A stretch of DNA of 64,000 nucleotides. Origin: an uncultured Kordiimonadaceae bacterium (GTDB lineage Bacteria > Pseudomonadota > Alphaproteobacteria > Sphingomonadales > Emcibacteraceae). The notes beneath the pieces are model-generated. The model made no database searches, had not been told where the DNA came from, and saw nothing but the letters and a program-made list of their open reading frames with translations. The position numbers and the translations under genes are program-made. The stretch is taken from positions 1,787 to 65,786 of the forward strand of contig CAXBLS010000001.1 in NCBI GenBank assembly GCA_963976585.1. Direction: 5' to 3'. This document shows positions 49,090 to 59,000 of the stretch, one piece after another (the stretch's first letter is position 1; the number at the start of each line of letters is the position of its first letter).

Positions 49090-50373
49090 TCAGGTAAATT
49101 TTCGCCCCTTGTTGATTATGCCGGTACCAAAACGTCCGCGGATTTTATCCATTGCTTTTTCTGCTTTGATCTTATTGTCCTTGCTGGGATCGATCAGGTC
49201 TGGCATATCAGAAAACTGATCATCAAAAAATTTGGAAACTCCTATACCAATTAGCCGGTATTCGAGTCCGTTACATTCGGGCTTTAATAAGGATTTCCCC
49301 TGTGTGTAGAGAATTTCCGCCATTTGCGTTGGTCCATTGAGGGTGACAGAGCGGCTTATGGATCTAAAATTAGAGGTTTTAAGTTTGAGAGTGATAGTCT
49401 TTGCCGAGAGATGTTTTTCTTTGAGACGTGCCGATAGTTTTTCGCACAGTTGCCAAAGGTGTTTTTTAAGAATTTTATAGTCGCTAATGTCCTCTTCCAG
49501 CGTAGTTTCGTTGGATACACTTTTTACTTTTTGCGTTGATTGTACCGTGCGACTGTCGTCACCGCGGGAAAAATAATAGAGGCGCTCTCCCATAATTCCG
49601 TACTCCTTAACCAGTTTTTTAAGGTCCATTTTTTGCAATTGACCGATCTGGGTAATACCGGCGCAGTTCATCTTGTTATTGAGAACTTTGCCGACGCCCC
49701 ATATTTTACTAATGGGTTGGGTTGAAAGGAATTTTTTGGCTTCTTCTTTGCCTATTATGGAAAAACCGTTTGGTTTATTCAGGTCTGACGCCAGCTTGGC
49801 CAGAAACTTGTTATAGCTGAGGCCAATGGAAACGGTAATGCCGACTTCATCTTCAATACGTGTCGCAGTTTTAGTGAGGACTTTCGCCGCTGACATGCCA
49901 TGGAGTTTTTCCGTGCCAGTAAGGTCAAGAAAAGCTTCGTCAATTGAGATTGGCTCCACAATCGGTGTGAGTTCATCAAATATTTTTCTTATATCTTTAC
50001 TAACTGATGAATATTTCTTCATATCCGGCGGCAGAACGGTCGCATTTGGGCAAAGCTTGTTCGCCTTAAACATCGGCATTGCAGAGCGGACACCGTAAGT
50101 TCTCGCTATATAACAACAGGTTGAAACGACGCCGCGCTTACCACCACCAATAATAAGGGGTTTTGGGATTAGCTCCGGATGATCCCTCTTTTCCACACTG
50201 GCATAAAAAGCGTCACAGTCTATATGCGCGATTGACAGCTCATGAATTTCAGGGTGTCTGACGAGGCGTGGACTGGAGCAATTTGGGCATTTTAACGATT
50301 GTGTTACGGTATTCAGATCAAAGAGACAGTCTCTGCAAAACCCCGGTTCATTATTTTTTACGTCGGTCGCCAT
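49090..50373 (-). CDS. dinB: DNA polymerase IV with N-terminal zinc-ribbon-like extension
   Basis: 427-aa ORF with the Y-family core (IAHIDCDAFYASVEKRD, SIDEAFLDLTG, GVGKV). The N-terminus CRDCL...CPNCSSPRL is a form I recall as common in Alphaproteobacteria. Confidence 0.9.
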   Translation of the reverse strand: MATDVKNNEPGFCRDCLFDLNTVTQSLKCPNCSSPRLVRHPEIHELSIAHIDCDAFYASVEKRDHPELIPKPLIIGGGKRGVVSTCCYIARTYGVRSAMPMFKANKLCPNATVLPPDMKKYSSVSKDIRKIFDELTPIVEPISIDEAFLDLTGTEKLHGMSAAKVLTKTATRIEDEVGITVSIGLSYNKFLAKLASDLNKPNGFSIIGKEEAKKFLSTQPISKIWGVGKVLNNKMNCAGITQIGQLQKMDLKKLVKEYGIMGERLYYFSRGDDSRTVQSTQKVKSVSNETTLEEDISDYKILKKHLWQLCEKLSARLKEKHLSAKTITLKLKTSNFRSISRSVTLNGPTQMAEILYTQGKSLLKPECNGLEYRLIGIGVSKFFDDQFSDMPDLIDPSKDNKIKAEKAMDKIRGRFGTGIINKGRKFT

Positions 50374-50375
50374 TG

Positions 50376-50657
50376 CTAATAGTGAATTGCTCCAGGGAAA
50401 CAGTGGCGTGCGGCGCTTATTTCCGCAGGATCAAGCTGATAATTTTCTGAAAAATCGATAAGATATTTCTCATTTTGCAATAGATAATCAAGGACGCCTG
50501 CTAAAATTCCTGTCATTGTCTCTGGATTCGCTAGGTTTTCTTTGATCTGACTGAGGTCTGTACCGCTTAAGTTAAGATAGCCAGCGAGGATTTTTTCATC
50601 GCTGGCAACGAAAGAAAGGCTGTTTATGGCTATTATCTCGGCTCTATCGTGATCCAT
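50376..50657 (-). CDS. DUF3572-family protein
   Basis: 93-aa ORF with AEIIAINSLSFVASDEKILAGYLNLSGTDLSQIKE resembling DUF3572. Its stop lies 2 nt before the dinB ATG. Confidence 0.7.
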   Translation of the reverse strand: MDHDRAEIIAINSLSFVASDEKILAGYLNLSGTDLSQIKENLANPETMTGILAGVLDYLLQNEKYLIDFSENYQLDPAEISAARHCFPGAIHY

Positions 50658-50838
50658 GAGTATTTCTTCTTTATTATATGGAAGTGGCGCACTAATATAC
50701 CATTTCGAGCAAATGAAAGATATTATTACATCTTTAAAAAAATTAACTGCTTTTTCATAACCTTAGGTTAAAAGTATCTATAAGTTGCCAGATGTATATA
50801 TTTGCTTATAGAAATTATAACAAAGTAAGAGACCTTTT

Positions 50839-51204
50839 ATGCCCAAAAAAATACTTGTTGTCGAAGATAATGACTTAAATATGAAGCTATTTTGCGACCT
50901 TCTGGATGCGCATGGTTATGAAACTGTGCAAACTCAGGAAGGGATGAAGGCCCTTGAACTTGCGAGAAATGAAAAACCGGACCTAATCCTTATGGATATT
51001 CAGCTTCCTGAAGTCTCCGGGCTTGAAGTTACCAAGTGGATAAAGGAAGATGATGAATTAAAATCAATTCCAGTGATCGCGGTTACAGCCTTTGCTATGA
51101 AGGGCGACGAAGAGAAAATCAGGGAAGGTGGATGTGAGGCATACATAGCCAAACCAATTTCAGTCAGCCATTTCATCGAAACAGTCAGAAAATTCGTAGG
51201 ATAA
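50839..51204 (+). CDS. divK: Single-domain cell-cycle response regulator DivK
   Basis: 121-aa receiver-only ORF ([15 protein letters not shown]..., [31 protein letters not shown]) directly upstream of pleD. Confidence 0.88.
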   Translation: MPKKILVVEDNDLNMKLFCDLLDAHGYETVQTQEGMKALELARNEKPDLILMDIQLPEVSGLEVTKWIKEDDELKSIPVIAVTAFAMKGDEEKIREGGCEAYIAKPISVSHFIETVRKFVG

Positions 51205-51213
51205 TATCTTACC

Positions 51214-52599
51214 ATGACAGCCAGAGTTTTAGTAGTTGATGATGTGCTTCACAATGTGAAGCTGCTTGAGGCGAAACTCCGCAGCCAGTACTTCGATGTG
51301 CTCACTGCTATGAACGGCGTTGATGCCTTGGAAATTATTGAAAAAGAACAGCCCGATATTATCCTGCTTGATGTGATGATGCCGGGAATGGATGGCTTTG
51401 AAGTTTGCCGGCGTGTGAAATCGAACCCGGCGGTTGCACATATTCCCATTATTATGGTCACCGCACTCGACCAGCCCAAAGACCGCGTTACTGGCCTAGA
51501 AGCTGGCGCGGATGATTTCCTCACAAAACCAATTCAGGATCTTCCACTATTTGCCCGGGTACGGTCACTCGTGCGGCTCAAAGTATTGATGGATGAACTT
51601 CGAATACGTAATTCCACCGGAAAAGCATTTAGCGGCAGCGACAGTATCGAGAATAATTCATCCGTTAGATTTGATGACGCAAAAGTACTTTTGATAGAAG
51701 ATTATGAACGTGTAGCAAACAGGATCGCAGGTTACCTTGAAAATACAGCAGCGACCATTGATCTGGATAACGTGGCTGAAGGCGCACTTTCCACTGAAAA
51801 TATGGAACAATATGATCTTTTTATTATAAGCTTGAGTTTGAAAGAAGCAGATGGTCTAAGGCTATGCTCGTCGATAAGGTCATCTGAGGTGACGCGGCAT
51901 ACGCCGATTCTTGTTCTTGTTGATGATGGTGATAATGACACACTCATTCGGGCAATGGATCTTGGTGTAACAGATTATGTAACCAGACCTATTGATGGTA
52001 ATGAACTGGTTGCAAGGGTTAAGTCGCAAATTAGACATAAACGGTTTGCTGACTATCTGCGCGGTAAAATGAAGAAGAATATGGAAATGGCGGTTACAGA
52101 CGCCGTGACCAATTTATACAATCGTCATTTTCTCGATACTCATCTGGACAACATATTTTCTCCTGAAAATGAAAACCGTGCAAATGTAAGTTTGTTGATG
52201 CTTGATATTGATCATTTTAAGATTATCAATGACACTTATGGCCACGCCTCTGGAGATGAGGTGCTTGAGGAGTTTTCCCAGAGGATATCCAGTAATATTC
52301 GTAGTATTGATCTCGCGGCGCGCTACGGCGGCGAGGAATTTATTGTTGTTATGCCGGAAACGGATTCTGAGTTTGCTTTGTTTATCGCTGAGCGGCTACG
52401 TAAAACCATAAGCGATGAACCCTTTGTTGTTTCGGGTAGTGACGAGCCTATCAATATTTATGTCAGCATTGGCGTTTCTATTGTTAGTGAGGGGTGCGAT
52501 ACTAAAGAGAAGCTGCTTTCGCAAGCCGATAAGGGGCTTTACAAGGCTAAAGAAACCGGTCGAAATAAAGTGTGTGGCTTGACCTGCCTTGATGAGTAG
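51214..52599 (+). CDS. pleD: Response regulator diguanylate cyclase PleD (REC-REC-GGDEF)
   Basis: 461-aa ORF with two receiver domains, then a GGDEF domain with I-site RSID and active site GGEEF. Confidence 0.9.
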   Translation: MTARVLVVDDVLHNVKLLEAKLRSQYFDVLTAMNGVDALEIIEKEQPDIILLDVMMPGMDGFEVCRRVKSNPAVAHIPIIMVTALDQPKDRVTGLEAGADDFLTKPIQDLPLFARVRSLVRLKVLMDELRIRNSTGKAFSGSDSIENNSSVRFDDAKVLLIEDYERVANRIAGYLENTAATIDLDNVAEGALSTENMEQYDLFIISLSLKEADGLRLCSSIRSSEVTRHTPILVLVDDGDNDTLIRAMDLGVTDYVTRPIDGNELVARVKSQIRHKRFADYLRGKMKKNMEMAVTDAVTNLYNRHFLDTHLDNIFSPENENRANVSLLMLDIDHFKIINDTYGHASGDEVLEEFSQRISSNIRSIDLAARYGGEEFIVVMPETDSEFALFIAERLRKTISDEPFVVSGSDEPINIYVSIGVSIVSEGCDTKEKLLSQADKGLYKAKETGRNKVCGLTCLDE

Positions 52600-52607
52600 A
52601 TACTCAT

Positions 52608-52634
52608 AAAAAAAGGCCGCTCGGATAAGCAGCC
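52608..52634 (-). terminator. Rho-independent terminator of rpmG (minus strand)
   Basis: The minus strand reads GGCTGC-TTATCCGA-GCGGCC followed by TTTTTTT. It sits between the convergent pleD and rpmG genes. Confidence 0.6.
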
Positions 52635-52672
52635 ATTCTTCATTTGAAATCAAGTATTGTAGAAGCGATTAA

Positions 52673-52840
52673 TTACTTAATCTTTGCTTCTTTAAATTCT
52701 ACATGTTTGCGCACAACAGGATCATACTTACGCATTACCATTTTTTCGGTAATGTTGCGTGGGTTTTTCTTAGTTACATAATAAAAACCTGTGTCAGCTG
52801 TGCTAACGAGTTTAATTTTTACACTTGAGGGTTTGGCCAT
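52673..52840 (-). CDS. rpmG: 50S ribosomal protein L33
   Basis: Not in the ORF track because it is under 60 aa. My manual minus-strand translation is [55 protein letters not shown] (55 aa), preceded by GGAGG. Confidence 0.9.
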   Translation of the reverse strand: MAKPSSVKIKLVSTADTGFYYVTKKNPRNITEKMVMRKYDPVVRKHVEFKEAKIK

Positions 52841-52936
52841 TGCTAGCCTCCGTTCTTAAAATTTCATAAATTACGTGAGCGGAAAATACAGGGATTATGA
52901 GTGAAGTCAAGTAAAACTCCGCGATTTTTTTATAAT

Positions 52937-55174
52937 TTATTTTCTTTTCCGATTTCTAGGTCGTCTACTGTTTTTTCCACTTGATTTGCGGGATTTTCGT
53001 GCCATAAGTTTTTCGTCGATGACTTCAAATATGAGCCCGCCGGAAATTGGATTCGCCTCGCGAAGTTTCACTGTCACAGAATCACCCAATTGAAAGACGA
53101 TACCGCTACGTTCGCCTTTGAGCAGCTGATGATCCTGATCATGATGAAAATAATCACCAACCAGTGACGAGATCGGAACGAATCCTTCACCGCCAGTCTC
53201 CGTAAGGCTTATGAACAGTCCCGCGCGCAGGACGCCATTGATTTTGCCATCAAATTCTTCATCGATTTTTGTGCTCATATAATGAGCTATGTAGCGTTCT
53301 GTACTATTCCGCTCTGCGATCATAGAGTTTCGTTCAGTGGTGCTGATGTGTTCGGCTGTTTCGAATAAATTTTCCGCATCGTATTTGCTTAGTCCGTCAT
53401 CCCCCAACTTTAATGCTTTGATAAGAGCGCGGTGGACCATCACATCCGCATAGCGGCGTATTGGTGAGGTGAAATGAGCATATTTGGTTAAGGACAGGCC
53501 AAAATGGCCATGATTATCCGGACTATATTTCGCCTGCATTTGCGTGCGCAGGACAATGGTGCTGACGACATTTTCATGGGGTGTGCCGACAACTTTGCTC
53601 ATAAGGTTATTAAATATTTTTGGTTTTATCACCTGACCTTTGGCAAAATTATAATTGAGGCTCTCCATAAACTGCCTTAATGTTTCAAGCTTATCAAAAC
53701 TTGGTTGCTCATGAATGCGGTACAAGCACGGCGTTTGTTTTCGCTCCAGTTCTTCGGCTGCGGCGACATTGGCTTGGATCATAAATTCTTCCACGAGCTT
53801 ATGGGCGGGCAGGCTGATGCGGTTCAGTATCGAGGTGACTTTACCATTGTCATCGAGAATAATTTTCTTCTCCGGCACGTTGAGTTCTAAAGGCTCTCTG
53901 TGGTTTCGGCCTTTGGTGAGTATGTCAAACGCCCGGTAAAGTGGGGATATGACAGTATCCATAAGTGGTGCGGCGCGCTTTGATGGTTTGCCGTCCTGAG
54001 CATTTTGGAATTCCTCGTAGGAAAGGCTGGCGTGACTATTCATCAAGGCACGCACAAACTTATGGCGGATTTTTTTACCTCTACTGTCAAACCAGATATG
54101 CACAGCCATGGTATAGCGGTCTTCGCCTTCGTGAAGTGAGCATAGGCCGTTTGATAAGCTTTCTGGCAGCATGGGGACGACCCGATCAGGAAAGTAAGTA
54201 GAATTTCCGCGTTTTATGGCCTCTTTATCAAGAGCTGAGGCGGGGTTTACATAGTGGGCAACATCGGCAATGGCAATAATGATATGGCAGCCACCAGGAT
54301 TTTTTGGGTCCGGATCTATTTCCGCCCAGATGGCATCATCGTGATCCCTGGCATCCGATGGATCAACGGTAATAAGCGGAATGTTGCGAAGATCAGTCCG
54401 ATTGCCAAGTACGGGTTTTTCGGATTTTTCTGCTTCACTCAGAACGTCATCAGGAAATTCTGTTGCGATTCCCTGCGTTATAATGGCGATTAGGCTAATA
54501 GATTTTGGATCGTTAACTGAACCGAAGCATTTGATCACCTTGGCCGGTTTGGCTTTAACGTGCCGCGATTTTTGCCGCGCGGGTTTCAAACTTATCAAAA
54601 CCAGCGTAGCATCCTTGGCGCCGTTCCAATCGTTCTTGGCGATTAGATATTTATTGCGGTCCTTCTTGTCGGTGGGATTAACAAAGGCAATATGATCGTC
54701 ATCTGAATGAAAAACACCCATTACCTGCGATGGTTTTTGCTCTAGCTTACGGATCACCTTGGCGACATAACCAGCTTCACCCTTGTCTTGATTAGGAGTT
54801 AACCGCACAAGAGCCTTCTCGCCCATGCTGAGCGTATTTCGCTTGTCGTGAGCAAACATGAGGATCTTTGGAGGTTCTTTCGGGTGTTCCCAGTCCACTG
54901 GCTTCGCTGTCAGGTCACCGAAACGGTCTATACCATTTATTTCAACAACAAGAACAGGCGGCAGGTCACCCGCAGCATGTAGTCTAGATTTATGGGGTTT
55001 TTCGAGGTTGCCGTCCAAGGTCATCTTGCGCAGCATTTTTTTAAGTTTTATTTTTTCTTCGCCTTTTATTTGAAAGGCTCGGGTAATTTCGCGTTTAGAC
55101 GCGCGCCCAGGGTTTTCCCGGATGAATTCGAGTATTTGTTTTTCATCAGGAAATGGGGCTTTGTTTTTTGTCAT
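52937..55174 (-). CDS. rnr: Ribonuclease R
   Basis: 745-aa ORF with the RNB catalytic region (IDPSDARDHDDAIW, HFGL, YAHFTSPIRRYAD), a C-terminal S1 domain and a basic tail. Confidence 0.93.
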   Translation of the reverse strand: MTKNKAPFPDEKQILEFIRENPGRASKREITRAFQIKGEEKIKLKKMLRKMTLDGNLEKPHKSRLHAAGDLPPVLVVEINGIDRFGDLTAKPVDWEHPKEPPKILMFAHDKRNTLSMGEKALVRLTPNQDKGEAGYVAKVIRKLEQKPSQVMGVFHSDDDHIAFVNPTDKKDRNKYLIAKNDWNGAKDATLVLISLKPARQKSRHVKAKPAKVIKCFGSVNDPKSISLIAIITQGIATEFPDDVLSEAEKSEKPVLGNRTDLRNIPLITVDPSDARDHDDAIWAEIDPDPKNPGGCHIIIAIADVAHYVNPASALDKEAIKRGNSTYFPDRVVPMLPESLSNGLCSLHEGEDRYTMAVHIWFDSRGKKIRHKFVRALMNSHASLSYEEFQNAQDGKPSKRAAPLMDTVISPLYRAFDILTKGRNHREPLELNVPEKKIILDDNGKVTSILNRISLPAHKLVEEFMIQANVAAAEELERKQTPCLYRIHEQPSFDKLETLRQFMESLNYNFAKGQVIKPKIFNNLMSKVVGTPHENVVSTIVLRTQMQAKYSPDNHGHFGLSLTKYAHFTSPIRRYADVMVHRALIKALKLGDDGLSKYDAENLFETAEHISTTERNSMIAERNSTERYIAHYMSTKIDEEFDGKINGVLRAGLFISLTETGGEGFVPISSLVGDYFHHDQDHQLLKGERSGIVFQLGDSVTVKLREANPISGGLIFEVIDEKLMARKSRKSSGKNSRRPRNRKRK

Positions 55175-55182
55175 TCTATCTC

Positions 55183-57768
55183 TTATTTAGCTTTTGCCTT
55201 AGGCTTTGCTTTGGGCTTTGCCTTCGGTTTGGCTTTTGCTTTCTTTTTTGCAGCGGCTCTCGGTTTTTTACCTTTTGCAGCGCGTGCTTTAATGAGTTCC
55301 AACGCTTCCTCAACGGTGACACTTTTTGGATCTTTATCCTTAGGAATTGTCGCGTTGATGCGTTTATATTTTACGTAAGGGCCATAACGTCCGTCCATGA
55401 CGAGGATATTTCCATCGCCGTCCGGATGTTCACCAAGATCTTTGATCGGTTCAGCGGCCTTACCGCGTTTCGCCACTGCTTCCGCTAATAGGGTCACAGC
55501 ATGGTTGATGCCGATGGTAAAGACATCTTCAGGATCTTTAAGGCTGGCAAAGACGCCACTGTGTGAAACGTAGGGTCCGTAACGACCAATGGCTGCTTTA
55601 ATGATTTTGCCATCTTCCGGGTGAATACCAACGTCGCGAGGCAGGGCAAGAAGTTTCATGGCGCGCTCAAAATCTATGCTCTCAGCGGTCATGCCTTTAG
55701 GGATTGAAGCGCGTTTCGGTTTTTCTTTTTCAACGGGCTCGCCAAGCTGGATATAAGGGCCAAATCGGCCCGTTCTCAACGTCACTTCCATGCCTGTTGC
55801 CGGATCAATGCCGAGTGTTTTCGGACCGTCTTCTTCCGCTCCGCCTTCGTCGCCGTTCTGAATTTGACGCGTGTAGTTACAGGTTGGATAATTTTCACAG
55901 CCAATAAATGCACCGAATTTACCGGTTTTGACACTTAGGCCACCTTCTTTACATTTTGGACAGCTTCGCGGGTCGGATCCATCTTCTCGCTCTGGAAAAA
56001 TGAACGGTGCAAGCGCATCCGTGATAACATCAAGAACTTCCGAGACCCTGAGATCTTTTGTACCGTCGATGGCGTTACTGAAATCTAGCCAGAAATTGGC
56101 AAGAACTTCTTTCCAAGGAACTTTGCCGTCAGATACCTTGTCGAGTTCGGCTTCTAGATCGGCCGTAAAATCATACTGTACATATTTATTGAAATAGCTT
56201 TCTAGGAATGATGTTACCACCCGTCCTTTACCTTCAGGTACAAAACGGTTTTTATCCATCACCACATAATTGCGGTCACGAAGTACGGTTAGAATAGAGG
56301 CGTACGTGGATGGGCGTCCAATACCAAGTTCTTCCATTCTTTTAACGAGGCTCGCTTCGGTGAAACGAGGGGGCGGCTCAGTAAAGTGTTGATTTGCCTC
56401 AATTTTATCTTTGTTGACGCTTTCGTTATTTGTCAGTTTTGGCAGACGTTTTTCGTCGTCATCTTTGCTGTCGTCCTGGCCTTCCTGGTAAAGTGTGAGG
56501 AAGCCGTCAAACACTTGCACGGTACCAGTTGCCCTCAAGGTTATCTGGCCGTCGCTTGACACAATATCAGCGGTGGTCCTTTCCATTTGAGCCTCAGCCA
56601 TCTGACTGGCGATGGTCCGCTTCCAGATTAGTTCGTAAAGACGTCTTTGATCATCATCAAGCCTGTTCGCGACCGATTCTGGTAGTCTGGCAAGGTCAGT
56701 TGGGCGCACGGCCTCATGGGCTTCCTGAGCGTTTTTGGATTTATTCTTGTAAAACTTCGGTTTTGCCGGAACATACCGATCCCCATACTTACTACCGATC
56801 ACGGAACGGGCACTTGCGATGGCTTCACCGGCAATGTTTACGCCGTCGGTACGCATATAGGTAATAAGACCAGTAGTCTCACCATTTATGTCAATACCTT
56901 CATATAGTTTCTGGGCAGTCCTCATTGTACGTTGCGCATTAAAGCCAAGCTTACGTGATGCTTCCTGCTGCAAAGTCGATGTGGTAAACGGCGCGGCAGG
57001 ATGACGTTTCGCTGGCTTGCTTTCCACATTCTTGACGGTAAAGTCAGCAGCCTCAACCGATTGTTTGGCGGCCGTTGCCAATTCTTCGTTATTTAAGCTG
57101 AATTTTTTGAGTTTTTCTCCAGCAAGCGTTGTTAGCCTTGCTGAAAATGATTTCGAGGCAGAATTTTTAAGATTGGCTTCAATTGACCAATATTCGTCCG
57201 ATCTGAATTTTTCAATTTCAAGTTCACGTTCACAAATAAGCCGTAGCGCAACGGATTGAACACGCCCAGCAGATTTTGAACCAGGTAATTTGCGCCAAAG
57301 AACGGGTGACAGATTGAAACCCACCAGATAATCAAGAGCACGACGTGCCAGATAAGCTTCAACCATTTCAATATCCACATCGCGTGGCTCTTCCATGGCT
57401 TTTAAAATGGCGGATTTGGTGATTTCATTGAATACAACGCGTTTAACAGCAACGTCTTTCATAACACCGCGGCGCGCTTTAAGTACTTCGAGCACGTGCC
57501 AGGAAATAGCCTCACCTTCGCGGTCCGGGTCGGTCGCGAGGATCAGTTCTTCTGAATTTTTGGTGCTATCGGCGATATCTTTAATGCGTTTCTTGCTATC
57601 GCTATCGACTTCCCATGTCATTGCAAAATCATTATCGGTATCAACCGATCCGTCCTTCGAAGGCAGATCGCGGATGTGACCGAAGCTTGCAAGGACTTTA
57701 TAATCTTTGCCGAGATATTTATTTATTGTCTTGGCTTTCGCCGGGGATTCAACAATTACGGTTTTCAT
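55183..57768 (-). CDS. topA: DNA topoisomerase I with Lys/Ala/Pro-rich C-terminal tail
   Basis: 861-aa ORF with a TOPRIM N-terminus (VIVESPAKAKTINKYLG, DPDREGEAI), the active-site region ITYMRTD, a C-terminal zinc-ribbon-like repeat and the tail ...AAKKKAKAKPKAKPKAKPKAKAK. Confidence 0.95.
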   Translation of the reverse strand: MKTVIVESPAKAKTINKYLGKDYKVLASFGHIRDLPSKDGSVDTDNDFAMTWEVDSDSKKRIKDIADSTKNSEELILATDPDREGEAISWHVLEVLKARRGVMKDVAVKRVVFNEITKSAILKAMEEPRDVDIEMVEAYLARRALDYLVGFNLSPVLWRKLPGSKSAGRVQSVALRLICERELEIEKFRSDEYWSIEANLKNSASKSFSARLTTLAGEKLKKFSLNNEELATAAKQSVEAADFTVKNVESKPAKRHPAAPFTTSTLQQEASRKLGFNAQRTMRTAQKLYEGIDINGETTGLITYMRTDGVNIAGEAIASARSVIGSKYGDRYVPAKPKFYKNKSKNAQEAHEAVRPTDLARLPESVANRLDDDQRRLYELIWKRTIASQMAEAQMERTTADIVSSDGQITLRATGTVQVFDGFLTLYQEGQDDSKDDDEKRLPKLTNNESVNKDKIEANQHFTEPPPRFTEASLVKRMEELGIGRPSTYASILTVLRDRNYVVMDKNRFVPEGKGRVVTSFLESYFNKYVQYDFTADLEAELDKVSDGKVPWKEVLANFWLDFSNAIDGTKDLRVSEVLDVITDALAPFIFPEREDGSDPRSCPKCKEGGLSVKTGKFGAFIGCENYPTCNYTRQIQNGDEGGAEEDGPKTLGIDPATGMEVTLRTGRFGPYIQLGEPVEKEKPKRASIPKGMTAESIDFERAMKLLALPRDVGIHPEDGKIIKAAIGRYGPYVSHSGVFASLKDPEDVFTIGINHAVTLLAEAVAKRGKAAEPIKDLGEHPDGDGNILVMDGRYGPYVKYKRINATIPKDKDPKSVTVEEALELIKARAAKGKKPRAAAKKKAKAKPKAKPKAKPKAKAK

Positions 57769-57833
57769 TGCTTATTATTCACCACTAGAATCGTCATATT
57801 TATTTTTTCTTCAGGGGGCTTTTACAGAATGTT

Positions 57834-59000
57834 TTAACAAAAAGATACCCTGTTTCCTGCATGACGGGTAATTTCTCCTGCCAGTTCGAGCTCCAAAAGT
57901 ACCGTCTGAACCACGGAAGTATTTAATTCCGTTAGCCTTATTAGGTCATCTATAGCTATAGCAGTATGGCTTAATTTTTCCTTAATGAGGGTGTAGGCTT
58001 TGCTTAAATCATCATCCAGGCCGGGTGAACGTTCGGTGTCAGTGGCGGAAATATGAAACATATCATATTGGGGCTCGGATATGCCGCGCTCGTCCATGAG
58101 AGCCAAAACCTCAACGATGTCGTCAATTGATTCTGTTAGTTGTGCTCCCTGCTTGATGAGGCTGTTTGGCCCCTTTGAACGTGGATCAAGTGGAGAGCCG
58201 GGTATTGCAAATACTTCTCTTCCTTGTTCTGAAGCAAGGCGCGCGGTGATTAGGGTGCCGGACTTATGAGTTGCTTCAACCACAAGAACACCAAGAGCAA
58301 GGCCGGAAATAATTCTATTACGTCTTGGAAAATGTCTCGCTTGCGGCTGGGTGCCAAAGGGCATTTCGGATAAAATAAGCCCGGTTTCTTTGATGGATTT
58401 ATAAACATCTGTGTTTTCGCGCGGGTATATGACGTCTGCACCACCCGCAAGCACAGCGATTGTGCCCGTGGTCATGGCACCACGGTGGGCGGCAGCATCG
58501 ATGCCGCGGGCCATACCGGAGCTGATGACATATCCTACTTGGCCAAGCTTTGTTGCAAATGATGTTGCGACCTTGAGCCCCACCACAGACGCATTTCTAG
58601 CACCAACAATGGCGAAACTACTTTTTTCAAGTAGATGAATGTGGCCGAGCGCCATCATAACCGGTGGTGCATCCTCGGTAACCGCGAGGGGGGTGGGATA
58701 AAGCGTGTCACCCAGTACGATAAGCGTACCATCATGTTTATCGAGATCTTCGAGTTCTTTATTAATTTTGCTCATGGGGCAAGCCACGAGCGGCTTTTTC
58801 CGCCCGCCTCGTTTTGCGAGTTCAGGCAATATTTCTATGGCACGTTCAGCCGTTTTATATCTGTTGATCAGTTGTTTGAAGGTAACGGGTCCAACATTTT
58901 CAGTACGAATTAAACGAAGGCGAGCAATCTTTTCGGCCTGAGAGAGCGCCTCTGCTGAAATACTCATCGTAAAATGCCCCCCTTGCTTACTTTTTGCCAA
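57834..59000 (-). CDS. dprA: DNA-processing protein DprA (Smf)
   Basis: 388-aa ORF with the DprA Rossmann-like core (IVGARNAS, SGMARGIDAAAHRGA, VLAGGADVIYPREN, GSPLDPRSKGPN). An alternative start ATG 58967 would avoid the overlap with plsY. Confidence 0.9.
   Translation of the reverse strand: MAKSKQGGHFTMSISAEALSQAEKIARLRLIRTENVGPVTFKQLINRYKTAERAIEILPELAKRGGRKKPLVACPMSKINKELEDLDKHDGTLIVLGDTLYPTPLAVTEDAPPVMMALGHIHLLEKSSFAIVGARNASVVGLKVATSFATKLGQVGYVISSGMARGIDAAAHRGAMTTGTIAVLAGGADVIYPRENTDVYKSIKETGLILSEMPFGTQPQARHFPRRNRIISGLALGVLVVEATHKSGTLITARLASEQGREVFAIPGSPLDPRSKGPNSLIKQGAQLTESIDDIVEVLALMDERGISEPQYDMFHISATDTERSPGLDDDLSKAYTLIKEKLSHTAIAIDDLIRLTELNTSVVQTVLLELELAGEITRHAGNRVSFC

Noticed and set aside
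50733-50747. CtrA-box-like TTAA...TTAAC upstream of divK.
   Set aside because: The spacing is N5, not the N7 of the TTAA-N7-TTAA consensus.
50658-50838. SOS (LexA) box controlling dinB.
   Set aside because: No GTTC-N7-GTTC or GAAC-N7-GAAC direct repeat is present in the only available promoter region.
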